The translations under genes were made by a program, and so were the position numbers. Source: Octopus sinensis (taxonomy: Eukaryota). From it: a DNA stretch of 64,000 nucleotides. Below are positions 24,234 through 37,389 of the stretch, in pieces; the first letter of the stretch is position 1; every line of letters starts with the position of its first letter. The notes below the pieces were generated by a model. The model did no database searches. It was not told the DNA's origin and was given only the letters and a program-made list of their open reading frames with translations. Location: the NCBI RefSeq assembly GCF_006345805.1, contig NC_043020.1, positions 7,378,001 to 7,442,000 of the forward strand, in the 5' to 3' direction.

Positions 24234-27200
24234 AACACACACACAACACACACACACACATGATGGGCTTCTTTCAGTTTCTGTCTATCGAATCCACTCA
24301 CAAGGCCTTGATTGGCCCAAGGCTATAGTTGAAGACTCTTGCCTAAAGTGCCAGTATATTATGGTTGTATAACAGAATATGCTGTCCCTTACAAGTCATT
24401 AATATATATATATATATATTTTTTTTTGTTTTTTTTTTACCTCTGACTCCATACCTGTACATCTCTTGAAAATACCTTTCACTATCATCATCATCATCAT
24501 CATCATCGTTTAACGTCCGCTTTCCGCGCTAGCACGGGTTGGATGGTTCGACCGGGTCTGGGAAGCCAGGGGCCGCTCCAGTCTGAATCTGGCAGAGTTT
24601 CTACGGCTGGATGCCCTTCCTAACGCCAACCACTCCGTGAGTGGATTGGGTGCTTTTTACGTGCCACCTGCACAGGGGCCGGAGGGTCCGGCATCGGTCA
24701 CGATCGGTTAACGTGTCAGCGGCACGGGGCAACGAGGTCCGGGGTACTTTGGGGATCGGGGTACTTTGGGATCCAGGGTACTTTGGGGATCCGGGGTACT
24801 TAGAATGGGTAGGGGGTATGTGGAATTGCTGCAGAAAGCAGCCGGGTCTTGTAGTCACAGCATATCTCCAGAGATCTCGGTCTTCTTTCGCCATTCCTCA
24901 GTGAGGCCCAATGCTCTGAGGTCATGCTTGACTACCTCATCCCATGTCTTCCTGGGTCTACCTCTCCCCCTGATACCTTCAACTGTTTGGGAGTGGCACT
25001 TCTTCACACATCTCTCTTCATCCATCCGCAGCACATGACCATACCATCGCAAGCGTCGCTCTTGCACACCACATCTGATGCTTCTTATATCCAGCATTTC
25101 TCTCAGGATGCTTACACTCTGTCTTGCGTGCACACTGACACTACACATCCAGCGGATCATGCTAGCTTCATTTCTTTCAAGTCTACGCATGTCTTCTGCA
25201 GTCACAGCCCATGTTTCATTACCGTGAAGCATGGCAGTTCGCACACATGCATCATACAATCTACCTTTTGCTCTGAGGAGAGACCTTTTGTTGCCAGTAG
25301 GGGTAGGAGCTTTCTGAACTTTGCCCAGGCTATTCATTTTCTAGTGGTGATACTCTCTGTGCATCCACCTCCGCTACTAACTTGGTCACCCAGGTAGCGG
25401 AAACTATCAACTACTTCTAGTTTCTCTCCCTGGAGTGTGATGGAATCTGTTTTCTGAGTGTCTGTTGTGTCTATTGTCCCTGTGCATCTGCCGCACATGA
25501 AAGCTATCTTATCTGTTAATTTCCCTTTATGTTTGCTGCACCTCTTATGTGTCCATAACTTACATTGGGTGCATCTTATGGAGTTTCTACCTGTACCTTT
25601 CCTACAGGTTGAGCAGGGCCACCTACCCGAGGGGGTGTGTGCTGAGTACCTCTTGCTGCTTACTAATACTTTGGTCTTTGCTACATTTATTCTAAGGCCC
25701 TTTGATTCCAACCCTTGCTTCCACACCCGAAATTTCTCTTCTAGTTCGGGTAGTGATTCTGCTATGAGAGCTAGGTCATCGGCATAGAGGAGCTCCCAGG
25801 GGCATCCCGTTTTGAATTCCTCTGTTATTGCCTGAAGGACTATGATGAATAAAAGGGGACTGAGGGCTGAGCCCTGGTGCACACCTACTTCTACCCGGAA
25901 TTCTTCACTATATTCGTTGCCAATCCTAACCTTGCTGACAGCCTCTCTGTATAGAGCCTGTACAGCCCTTATTAGCCATTCTTCAATCTCCAGTTTCCGC
26001 ATCGACCACCAGATAAGGGAACGGGGAACCCTGTCAAAGGCTTTCTCCAAGTCTACAAAAGCTATGTAGAGGGGTTTATCTTTAGCTAGGTATTCTCCTG
26101 CAGTTGTCGGACCAGAATATAGCATCAGTGGTGCTTCTACCTGGTACAAAACCGAACTGCATTTCATCTAAACAAATTCTCTCCCTAATGAGATTGGTTA
26201 CGACCTTCTCTGAGACCTTCATCACCTGGTCCAACAGTTTGATACCTCTGTAGTTATTTCTATCTAGAGCATCACCCTTACCCTTGTAGCAGTTGACTAT
26301 GGTGCTGCTGCACCAGTCATTGGGTATGACTCCATTGTGAACTACCTGGTTTACAATGCGGGTGACTATGGCATAGCCCACATAGCCAGCTGTTTTAAGC
26401 ATCTCAGCAGTGATTCCTGATAGGCCAGGGGCTTTGCCTGGTTTCATATCCTTATTGCCTTATCTACAAGGGAGCTGTCTATTCGGGTAGCTGGTCCCTC
26501 TACTGGGTCAACATTTGGCAGGCTCTCCTCCTCCCATTCATTCTCCTCATTCAGCAGTCTTTCATAATGGCTTCTCCAAGCCTCTTTCTTTTCACTAGTA
26601 GTAAAAGCAAGTGCCCCATCATCCATGCGGACACATTTCTCTCCTATAACATTGCTATTTTCTCTGACACACTGTCTGTCAATCCGAAATACTTCAGCTC
26701 TTTGATCCTCGCGACGCTGGACATTGGCAAACTTCTTCTTTTCTGCTACATCTTTGGCAATGTATACCTGCCGCCCAGCCTCCCTTTTGGCTATCTGGTA
26801 CAGTTCCCTGCTGCCCCCATCCTTCCAGGCTTTCCAGGCCCGTCTCTTTTCACAGATGGCTTTATCTACTGCACTATTCCACCACCACGTAATTCTAGGT
26901 CTGGAAGGGACTTTGCACCATCCACAGACTTGGTCTGTGGCACTCAGCAAGCTGTCCCGTAGGAATTCCCAGCTACCTTCTATGTCTGACGTCTGAAGCT
27001 CCTCCTCCCTCTCATCAAATTTCTTGATGAGTATGTCCCTAACTCTTTATTTATTTATTTATTTTTTAGCTGATGTCCGACTATATGTTTGGAGCTGGTG
27101 TCGATGAAGTTGTGAAATACCATGCGAGATATAACTATACCTACTTCTATGTCTTCAAATACAAGTCACATTATGATTATCTTCCACCATGGAGAGGTGA

Positions 27201-27778
27201 GGCTTATTCTACTCTACGCTTTGGTTTCAGATTTTGGCACAAGGCCAGCAATCTCGGGGACGGCAGGTAAATCAATTGCATCAATGCCAGTGTTCATACT
27301 GCTACTTAGCATTTTACCGACCCCAAAAGGATGAAAGGCAAAGTCAACCTCAACGGAATTTGAACTTGGAACATAGCGATGGACAAAATACTGCTAAGCA
27401 TTTTACCTGGCGTGCTAACGATTCTGCCAGCTCAACACCTTATTCTACTCATCATATTGCAGAGAGACTTAGATGTTATTGTTGTTGTTGTTGTTGTTGT
27501 TGTCTATTCCACTTTGACCCTGATTCAACTGATCTGTATTCATGGGTATTGAAACCACAACCTACCTGTCTCCTGCTTTTGTTTTGTTTACTTTTGACAG
27601 GCTTAGTATACTTTGAGCTACATTACCCAGTATGGCATTTTTTTTAAGACAGTAGGATGTTTGAGGGATATTTCGCTGCTATTTCTAGCAATTATGCCAC
27701 ACATACACAAAAACACTCAGCCCTAAGATCTCCTTGGCAGCATGGAAAATCATGTTAAAACAAACAAATTAATGAATG

Positions 27779-27809
<31 letters not shown>

Positions 27810-30800
27810 GTGTATGCAGATGACATCAAGCTGTACCTTGAAATCAAGAGGACAGATCCTGTTGTCTACAGCTCTTTCCTGCAATCAGACCTGGACACAA
27901 TGCAGCGATGGATCACAGACTGGCAACTGAAACTGGCTGTGGACAAGTGTACCACCATGCATTTTGGGAGAAAAAACCCTGCGTCCACATACTCCCTCCA
28001 CAACACTGATATCAAGAAATCCTCTTGCAAGCGTGACCTAGGCATCACTGTCAGCAGTGATTTGCGTTGGACAAAGCATATCTCTAAAATTGTCAAGAAG
28101 GCCGAGGGTGTCTTGGCATCACTCAGCAAGACTTTTGTTAGCCGCTCTCCAGCCATCTATTTAAAACTGTATACAGCTATGGTACGACCACACTTGGAAT
28201 TCGCATCATCAGTTTGGAACCCCTATCTTGCTCAGAACATTGACCTTCTGGAATCTGTTCAGAGACGTGCAACCAAACGCATACCCTTCATCAGACACCT
28301 GCCATATTCTGAGCGCCTTGTTTCTCTGGGCATGGATTCACTGAAGCTCCGGCGTCTGGCGACGGACTTGGTAAACGCCCACAAAGTTGTCAACCACCTC
28401 ACCAATAACAACACTGAACACCTTTTTGATCTCCATGTGCCTAACACACGTGGACATGCCTACAAAGTCAGAAAACAACACAGCTCCCATGACTTTCGGA
28501 AACATTTCTTCACGCTCAGAGTTGCTGAAGCATGGAATAAACTGCCTGCGTCAGTTGTTGACTGCCATGACACTGCATCCTTTAAGACCCTCATGCTTTC
28601 CGAAATCCGTCGAAACTACACCTGATTATATATACACTTTCGATGAGTTGTAGTGCACCTGAGCACTGTATACAATGTTTATTATTATTATTATTATCAT
28701 GGACTCTCCTGTTGTTAGACAATGTATGAGGCAATTTCTTGCCGAACAACCACACAGATGATTTGTTTATAGTGATCAAATGTTTGTGTTGCACATAAGC
28801 TCTCTCATGACATTACCTGTACAGGTGCACCATGTGCCACATGTCAGATGACGAAATGATTGCAGAGCAACATGAAATGAAGTGCTTTGCTTAAGGACAC
28901 CATGCCATGCCATGCCCAGTCTAGAAAATGAACCTGTGATCTCGTAATCATGGATGCAACAGCCTAACCACTATGCTGCAAAGGAATAGGGATTTTAAAT
29001 GCAGGTAGATAACCTTATGAGCACTGTGATAGAATCTATAGTTGGCTAACCACGTCGAATGATGGGAAACATTTAGTATCATTTAGACTATACAATTTGC
29101 TAAATAAAAGTGTGGTTGCCCTTGCATACAGGCTCATCCCTTGCAACCCTCTATAGCTGAGCATCCCTAATCTTGTGGGCTGATAGGTGCTGCTGGTGCC
29201 TATTAAAAAGCACCCGTGCTGGTGTTGCATATAAAGCACCCAATACACTCTGTAAAGTGGTCAGCATTAGGAAGGGCACCCAGCTGTAGAAACCTTGCCA
29301 AAACAGACTGGAGCCTGAACAGCCCTTCAGCTGGTCAACTTCTGTCAAATTGTCCAACCCATGCCAGCATGAAAAATGGATGTGAAATGATGATGACGAT
29401 GAATTAGACTGTATTCCCTTCCATTGGTAAATCCAAGGTTTGCTTCCATGGATTTCATGAAGAATGGAGAGTATATTATCAAGACTTTAATTATTAAAGA
29501 ACAGACTGTTGCACATCTTCAAAATTTATTTAATAAAAAGCATTTTCCTCATATTACATTCCGACATGTTTCTGCTGAATATTTATTCAACAGAAATACA
29601 TGTCCTTAAGGTACTTTGATTTAGGCACAAATTCCATTCAGTGTACCACCTATTGCAAGCTATGGACGCACAAGAGGTACCAGTGCAATGAGGAAGTAAT
29701 GCTCGTATGTGGAGGATGTATGGAAGCTGTAAAGACCACGGATACGAAGAAAACTAATTTCTTTAAATGTCCCAGTGGGTCTCTGGAAGTTGTTATTTCT
29801 TGTGTTATATTAGTGTTCGTTCTTCCATGTGTGGAAGGAGACTTTTGCTGTTTTATTGAGTGTTGTGTTACGATGAAGGAATGATTATCTCCCTTGTGTT
29901 AACTGTCCACCAGGGGACTCCACATATACCATTAGGTATTCGTTGCATAACATCTGGGTTGAGTGGGAAGCCTGTTCTATTTGAGCTGTACTAGTGAATT
30001 AGTAACATTTTGCATAGGATGTGGGCTGTTCCTGGCAGCGTAGAGTGTTGAGAGTACTGGTATGGCTACTATATATTTTTTTAAAGCCAAAACAAGGCCA
30101 AGTTATAATAATAATACAAATTGATGGTTAGTACTATTACCTAGCCATAACTTAGTATTTCAATATTTCAGGGCCAGGAGCCTTTCTTCACAGAATTTAA
30201 GGAGAAAAAGTGTTGATAGCTGTTGCTTTTGATCTCTAGTTAGTATGAAGGGTTGCTTTGCATAGCTATAGTATCCAATAGTTTGTTTTGTTTTTATCAA
30301 ACCTAATTTTCCAATTATTATTATTGTTACAGTTTACACCATATTTTACATACTCTCTTTTACTCTCTTTTACTTGTTTCAGTCATTTGACTGTGGCCAT
30401 GCTGGAGCACCACCTTTAGTCGAGCAAATCGACCCCGGGACTTATTCTTTGTAAGCCCAGTACTTATTCTATCGGTCTCTTTTGCCGAACCGCTAAGTGA
30501 CAGGGACGTAAACACACACCAGCATCGGTTGTCAAGCAATGCTAGGGGGACAAACACAGACACACACACATACATATATATATATATACATATATACGAC
30601 AGGCTTCTTTCAGTTTCCGTCTACCAAATCCACTCACAAGGCATTGGTCGGCCCGGGGCTATAGCAGAAGACACTTGCCCAAGATGCCACGCAGTGGGAT
30701 TGAACCCAGAGCCATGTGGTTGGTTAGCAAGCTACTTACCACACAGCCACTCCTGCGCCTATCATAAATATTTCAATTTCAAGATCCTCAATATTTTGAC

Positions 30801-33774
30801 AGTTTTTTTTTTCTACTTCTTTTAGGGTAATATTTAGGTCAGAAGGGGTTTCAGTGTCTCCCAGTGTGAACGTGATTATTTTTCCAGTCGTTGATTATAT
30901 CTCTTTTACTTGTTTCAATCATTTGACTGTGGTCATGCTGGAGCACCGCCTCTAGTTGAGCAAATCAACCCCAGGACTTATTCCTTGTAAGCCCAGTACT
31001 TATTTTATCAGTATCTTTTGCTGAACCACTAAGTTATGGGGACGTAAACACACCAGCATTGGTTGTCAAGTGATGTTGGGGGGACAAACACAGACACACA
31101 TATACATATATACGACGGGCTTCTTTCAGTTTCCGTCTACCAAATCCACTCACAAGGCTTTGGTCGGTCCAAGGTTATAGTAGAAGACACTTGCCGAAGG
31201 TGCCATGCAGTGAGACTGAATCTGGAACCATGTGGTTTGTAAGCAAGCTACTTACCACACAGCCACTCCTACACCTATGAATGGTTTTACCTTGATTTCT
31301 TGATCAGTTTTGGCAATCATATTCTAGATGCCTGTGGCCCCAGGCTATTGTCAAGCACCCTGTTTTGGTACATATTTACATCACTTCTTGTCTGTTTTTA
31401 CATTGATATATTGGCATGTCACCCAGCGGATACAGCTGTCTACTTGATTATGTGTAGATGGGACAGTGAAAGTAAAATGCTCTTACCTTGAACAGAGATG
31501 GAAACTAGTACCCACCACAATCGGAGAAACATTGTACGAACCTTAATGTTTATTCTGCTTGACCTCTGGCTACACTCTACTCTCTCCCTGAATTCACTTC
31601 TCACAATTGAATACCCCAGAGGTTCTACAAAGAAAGAGGAAGATGGAATTCCCTGCTTCTTGATGAGACATCACTCCTTCCCTCGCTTCTGGTTCTGACA
31701 TCCCCCTTCACTCTTCCGCATTGCGTCTGTATATTTATTCACATTTAACAAGGGCTGAGCAGCTGGAAATGATGTGGTTAGCTGTCTTATTGTGCTGCTG
31801 AGGTCGACTTTGCCATTCATCCTTTTGTGGTCAATAAATTAAGTACCAGTGAAACACTGGGGTCAAAATTGCTGCTCTTGTGGCAGAATTTGAAACCACT
31901 ATTATTATTATTAAGGCAGTGAGCTGGTAGAATCGTTAGCATGCCAGATGAAATGCTTTGTGGCACTTTATCTGTCTGTGCATTCTGAGTTCAAATCCTG
32001 CTGAGGTTGACTTTGCGTTTCATCCTTTCAGGGTGGATAAATTAAGTACCAGTTGCATACTGAGGTTGATCTAATTGACTGGCCTCCTCCCCGCAAATTA
32101 CAGGCCTTGTGCCTATAAGTAGAAAGGATTATTATTAAGGTGGTGAGTTGGCAGAATGTTTGGCACACCGGGCTAAATGCTTAGTGACATTTTGTCTGTC
32201 TTATGTTCTGAGTTCAAATTCCAACAAGGTTGACTTTGACTTCGATCCTTTTGGGGTTGATAAAGTAAGTACCAGTCGAGCACTGGGGTCAATGTAATTG
32301 ACCAGTTTCCTCCCTCTTCAGTACAAAGGATTATTATTATTACCTCCACCTTAGCAAAAGTGGAGATATTGTTTTCAGTTGTGTCTGTTTGTTTGTCCAT
32401 GGACAAGATATCTCAAGAACTGCTGGATAGATTTGGATGAAACTTTCAGGGATCTTTGGCCTCATGACTGACACGAACTGATTAGATTTTGGGATTGATC
32501 TGGTACCAGACAAGGATTCTGGATTATTTTTCCTGTTTTTTTTACTTAATTTTTAAGAGCAGTCAGGTTCAATTTTAGTATTTTCATTTGTAAGAGCATT
32601 CGAGTTTATTTCAGATATTCTCATTTTAAAAATAATCTCCGGTTAATCGTTGAGAGGACGTTTGTGTTACCTTGACAGAGGTTTGCGCTCTCTGAGTGCT
32701 CTTGTTATTATTATTATTATTTCTAAATATATAAGCAAATAATAATGATCGTGAAATGATAATTCATCTGACTTCTTTTTTCCTTTTCTGTCGCAGGAGT
32801 TGCTCACGGTCAGGAATTGCAGTATGTGTTCGGCTTCCCTTACTTCTCCCGGTGCTACAGTAAGATCACTGGAGTCTACCCACGCCAAGACTACTCAGTG
32901 CACGACATTGAAATGAGTAATTACATGATGACAGTGTTCACCAACTTCACTCTACATGGGTTAGTAATTAATTTATCGCATTGTAATCAGGTGATGTCTC
33001 ACCTGCTATAACACCTGACTGATACAGACGTACTGGGCGATGATACTACGTTACCAACTGGTTGATCCCAGGTGACTGATGCCATCACAGCATTGCCATC
33101 ATCACCATCATCCTTATCATTGTCATAATCATCGTTGTCTTAATTTTTATCATTGTATTCATAACCATCATGATCATTATTCTTATATTTACCATCATCA
33201 TCCATATCTTCGTCATTGTCATCATCATCATCATCAGCATAATCAGCATCACCACCACAACCAACACCACCACCACCATCATCATTTGATATCAAATTTT
33301 CCATTCTTGCACGGATCAGATAGAATTTGCCCAGGCTGGTTTTCTAGGGCTGGATGCCCCTGTTGCCAGTTTCCAAGTAAGGTAATATTTCCCCCTAATG
33401 GCCAACACGTTTTTCATAGAAGACCAGAAACAAACAACATTGTTTCTCCGACGGTGATGCTCCTTTACAACTATGATGTGATGTCAAGACAAGATTGCAC
33501 TCACACACACACACTCCCATCACTATTGTTTAACCCTTTAGCATTTAAAGAAGCCACATCCTGCCAAAATATTCTTCCTGATATGAAGTGCTTTTCTCAA
33601 GAACACAATATATATATATATAAATCATAGGTGTAGGAGTGGCTGTGTGGTAAGAAGCTTGCTTATGAACCACATGGTTCCAGGTTCAGTCCCACTGCGT
33701 GGCACCTTGGGCTGACCAAAGCCTTGTGAGTGGATTTGATTGATGGAAACTGAAAGAAGCCTGTCGTATATATA

Positions 33775-33820
<46 letters not shown>

Positions 33821-34165
33821 TATATGTATGTGTATATATTTGTGTGTCTGTGTTTGTCTCCCTAATATCACTTGACAACCGACGCTGATGTGTTTACATC
33901 CCTGTAACTTAGTGGTTCGGTAAAAGCGACTGATAGAATAAGTACTAGGTTTACAAAGAATAAGTCTTGGGGCCGATTTGCTCAACTAAAAGGCAGTGGT
34001 CCAGCATGGCCACAGTCAAATGAGACTGAATCGAGTAAAAGAGTAAATAACAGGAGATGGGTTTGGTATTGAACTTTATTCTGTGCAAAGATCATGTCAA
34101 CCCGTCCTGCTCTACTCAACATTTAAACACACTAATCAGCTTATTTCCTGTAATCCAAAATATTT

Positions 34166-34208
<43 letters not shown>

Positions 34209-34563
34209 CACACACACACATATATGTATGTGTATATATTGTGTGTCTGTGTTTGTCTCCTAATATCACTTGACAACCGACGCTGATGTGTTTACATCCC
34301 TGTAACTTAGTGGTTCGGTAAAAGCGACTGATAGAATAAGTACTAGGTTTACAAAGAATAAGTCTTGGGGCCGATTTGCTCAACTAAAAGGCAGTGGTCC
34401 AGCATGGCCACAGTCAAATGAGACTGAATCGAGTAAAAGAGTAAATAACAGGAGATGGGTTTGGTATTGAACTTTATTCTGTGCAAAGATCATGTCAACC
34501 CGTCCTGCTCTACTCAACATTTAAACACACTAATCAGCTTATTTCCTGTAATCCAAAATATTT

Positions 34564-34629
<66 letters not shown>

Positions 34630-36990
34630 GAGGAAATATGTGTACATTAGGAGTGAAGAGTTACATACATTTTATGAATTACAAATAAAAAAATGTAATC
34701 TAAATAAATTTATTAAACTTTTAGACCTTTCTGTGATTTTTGGGCCATGCTGTATAAATGCTAAAATTCAAAACAAAAAAGTCTTGGGATTGATTTGTCT
34801 ACTAAAATTCTTCAAGGTGGTGCTGCAGCCTAATGACTGAATCAAGTAAAAGATAAAAGATACAACAGGCTTCTTTTAGTTTCCGTTTTCCAAAATCCTC
34901 CCCATATTTATGTCACTATATCAAGTGACTTACATCGTTATTAACATTTTAAAACTTATTAGTTTTGTAAATTTAATTCTTTCTTTCTTTCCAAGTTTTG
35001 TTTTAATTTTTATTCATAATGTTCTTTTTTTTTTTTTTTTTGACCCTTCCAGGGCCCCAACTCCATCCAGAGATGATCTCAAATATTTCCGGGATGTTTT
35101 CTGGCCTCCGTTCCGATGGAACAATCAGAGCTATATGATCATTGACAACCATACAAGAGTAAGCTTCCAATATCGACAGCAGGAATACATGTTCTGGACG
35201 GATTATTTCCCTAAAGTCTCCTTAAGTAAGTGCTGTTGCGGTCTTCTGCTTATTCCCCCTCCTCCTCCTCCTTCTTTGTCATCTTGTTCTTCTTGTTGTT
35301 CTCCTCCTCCTCCTTCCACTTCTTTTTCTCCTCCCCCTTTGTCATGTTCTTCCTCTCCTTCTTTGTTTTCTTCTTCCTCTCCTTCTTTGTTTTGTTCTTC
35401 TTCCTCTCCTTCTTTGTTTTGTTCTTCCTCTCCTTCTTTGTTTTCTTCTTCCTCTCCTTTGTTTTGTTCTTCTTCCTCTCCTTCTTTGTTTTGTTCTTCT
35501 TCCTCTCCTCCTTTGTTTTGTTCTTCTTCCTCTCCTTCTTTGTTTTGTTCTTCTTCCTCTCCTTCTTTGTTTTCTTCTTCCTCTCCTTTGTTTTCTTCTT
35601 CCTCTCCTTCTTTGTTTTCTTCTTCCTCTCCTTCTTGTTTTGTTCTTCTTCCTCTCCTTCTTTGTTTTGTTCTTCCTCTCCTTCTTTGTTTTTCTTCTTC
35701 CTCTCTTCTTTGTTTTCTTCTTCTCTCCTTTGTTTTCTTCTTCCTCTCCTTCTTTGTTTTGTCTCTTCCTCTCCTTTGTTTTGTTCTTCTTCCTCTCTCT
35801 TTGTTTTGTTCTTCTTCCTTCCTTCTTTGTTTTGTGTCTTCTTCCTCTCCTCCTTTGTTTTGTTCTTCTTCTTCCTCTCCTCCTTTGTTTTGTTCTTCTT
35901 CCTCTCCTTTTTGTTTTGTTTTTCTTCCTCTCCTTCTTTTGTTTTGTTCTTCTCCTCTCCTTCTTTGTTTTGTTTTTTTTCTTCTTCCTCTCCTTCTTTG
36001 TTTTCTTCTTCCTCTCCTTCTTGTTTTTCTTCTTCCTCTCCTTCTTTGTTTTGTTCTTCTTCCTCTCCTTTGTTTTGTTCTTCTTCCTCTCCTTCTTTGT
36101 TTTGTTCTTCTTCCTCTCCTTCTTTGTTTTGTTCTTCTTCCTCTCCTTCTTTGTTTTGTTCTTCTTCCTCTCCTTTGTTTTGTTCTTCTTCCTCTCCTTC
36201 TTTGTTTTGTTCTTCTTCCTCTCCTTCTTTGTTTTGTTCTTCTTCCTCTCCTTCTTTGTTTTGTTTTTCTTCCTCTCCTTCTTTGTTTTGTTCTTCTTCC
36301 TCTCCTTCTTTGTTTTGTTCTTCTTCCTCTCCTCCTTTGTCATGTTCTTCCTCTTCTCCTTTTCCTCCTTTGTCTTGTTCTTCTTCCTCTCCTGTCTTGT
36401 TCTTCCTCTTCTCCTTTGTCTTCTCCTTGTTCTTGTTCTTCTTCCTTCTCCTCCGTCTTCCTGAAAAAGAATCTCATTTCTTTTTGTGTTAAATAATGGT
36501 TGTGTGGTTAAGAAGATCTCTTTGCAACCTGATCGTTTGAAGTTCAGTTCCCCTGTGCAAGAGTCTTCTACTGTAGCCTTGGGCCAACCAATGTCTCTGT
36601 GAGTAGATTTGGTTGACGGAAACTGAACAAAGCCCATTATATGTATCTTGCATATTAAAACTGAAAATGTCTGTCTGCCTGTGTGTCTATCGGTATGTCC
36701 TTGTTTTGTGCCAAAACGGCTTGACCGATTTTTCTTAAACTTCACACACACACATTGCTTATGTATCTGGCGAGGTTTTAAGTATAAATTGATTTCAAAA
36801 AAATGTTTGGGTAAACGGCGGGAGGAATAACATTTTGGGTGTAAGTGAATGGCAATAGTATTTATTTTAAGCTTCCAAGGGAAATAACCCATTCCCTCCT
36901 GGAAATAACCCATTCATTTTCAGTATGCTTATTTCTTAGTTTTTGAATTATTTTAGTTATTTACTCAATTTATATATATATATTTACTTA

Positions 36991-37069
<79 letters not shown>

Positions 37070-37350
37070 GTGGAGGTGCAATGGCCTAGTGGTTAGGGCA
37101 GCTGACTCGCGGTCGTAGGATCGCGGTTTTGATTCCCAGACCGGGCGTTGTGTGTGTTTATTGAGCGAAAACACCTAAAAGCTCCACGAGGCTCCAGCAG
37201 GGGGTGGTGATCCCTGCTGTACTCTTTCTTCTGTTGGCCTTCTCACTTAGCCAGCGGGGTGGGGTCATTCGAAGGCTAAAACAATGCGAACGCATTGTGA
37301 CCAGCGATGTGTAGCAACATCTGATGGTCTGGTCGGTCACGTGATCACGT

Positions 37351-37389
<39 letters not shown>

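Noticed and set aside
27780-28625. 281-aa ORF as a host gene
   Set aside because: CR1 RT fragment whose start is supplied by a (GT)n tract
33079-33630. His-rich 183-aa ORF
   Set aside because: Degenerate (CAT)n tail of an old RTE-type 3' end in intron 9
34910-36913. Long ORFs of 528, 420, 523 and 274 aa
   Set aside because: Products of an A-free minisatellite; only 35053-35225 is a supported exon
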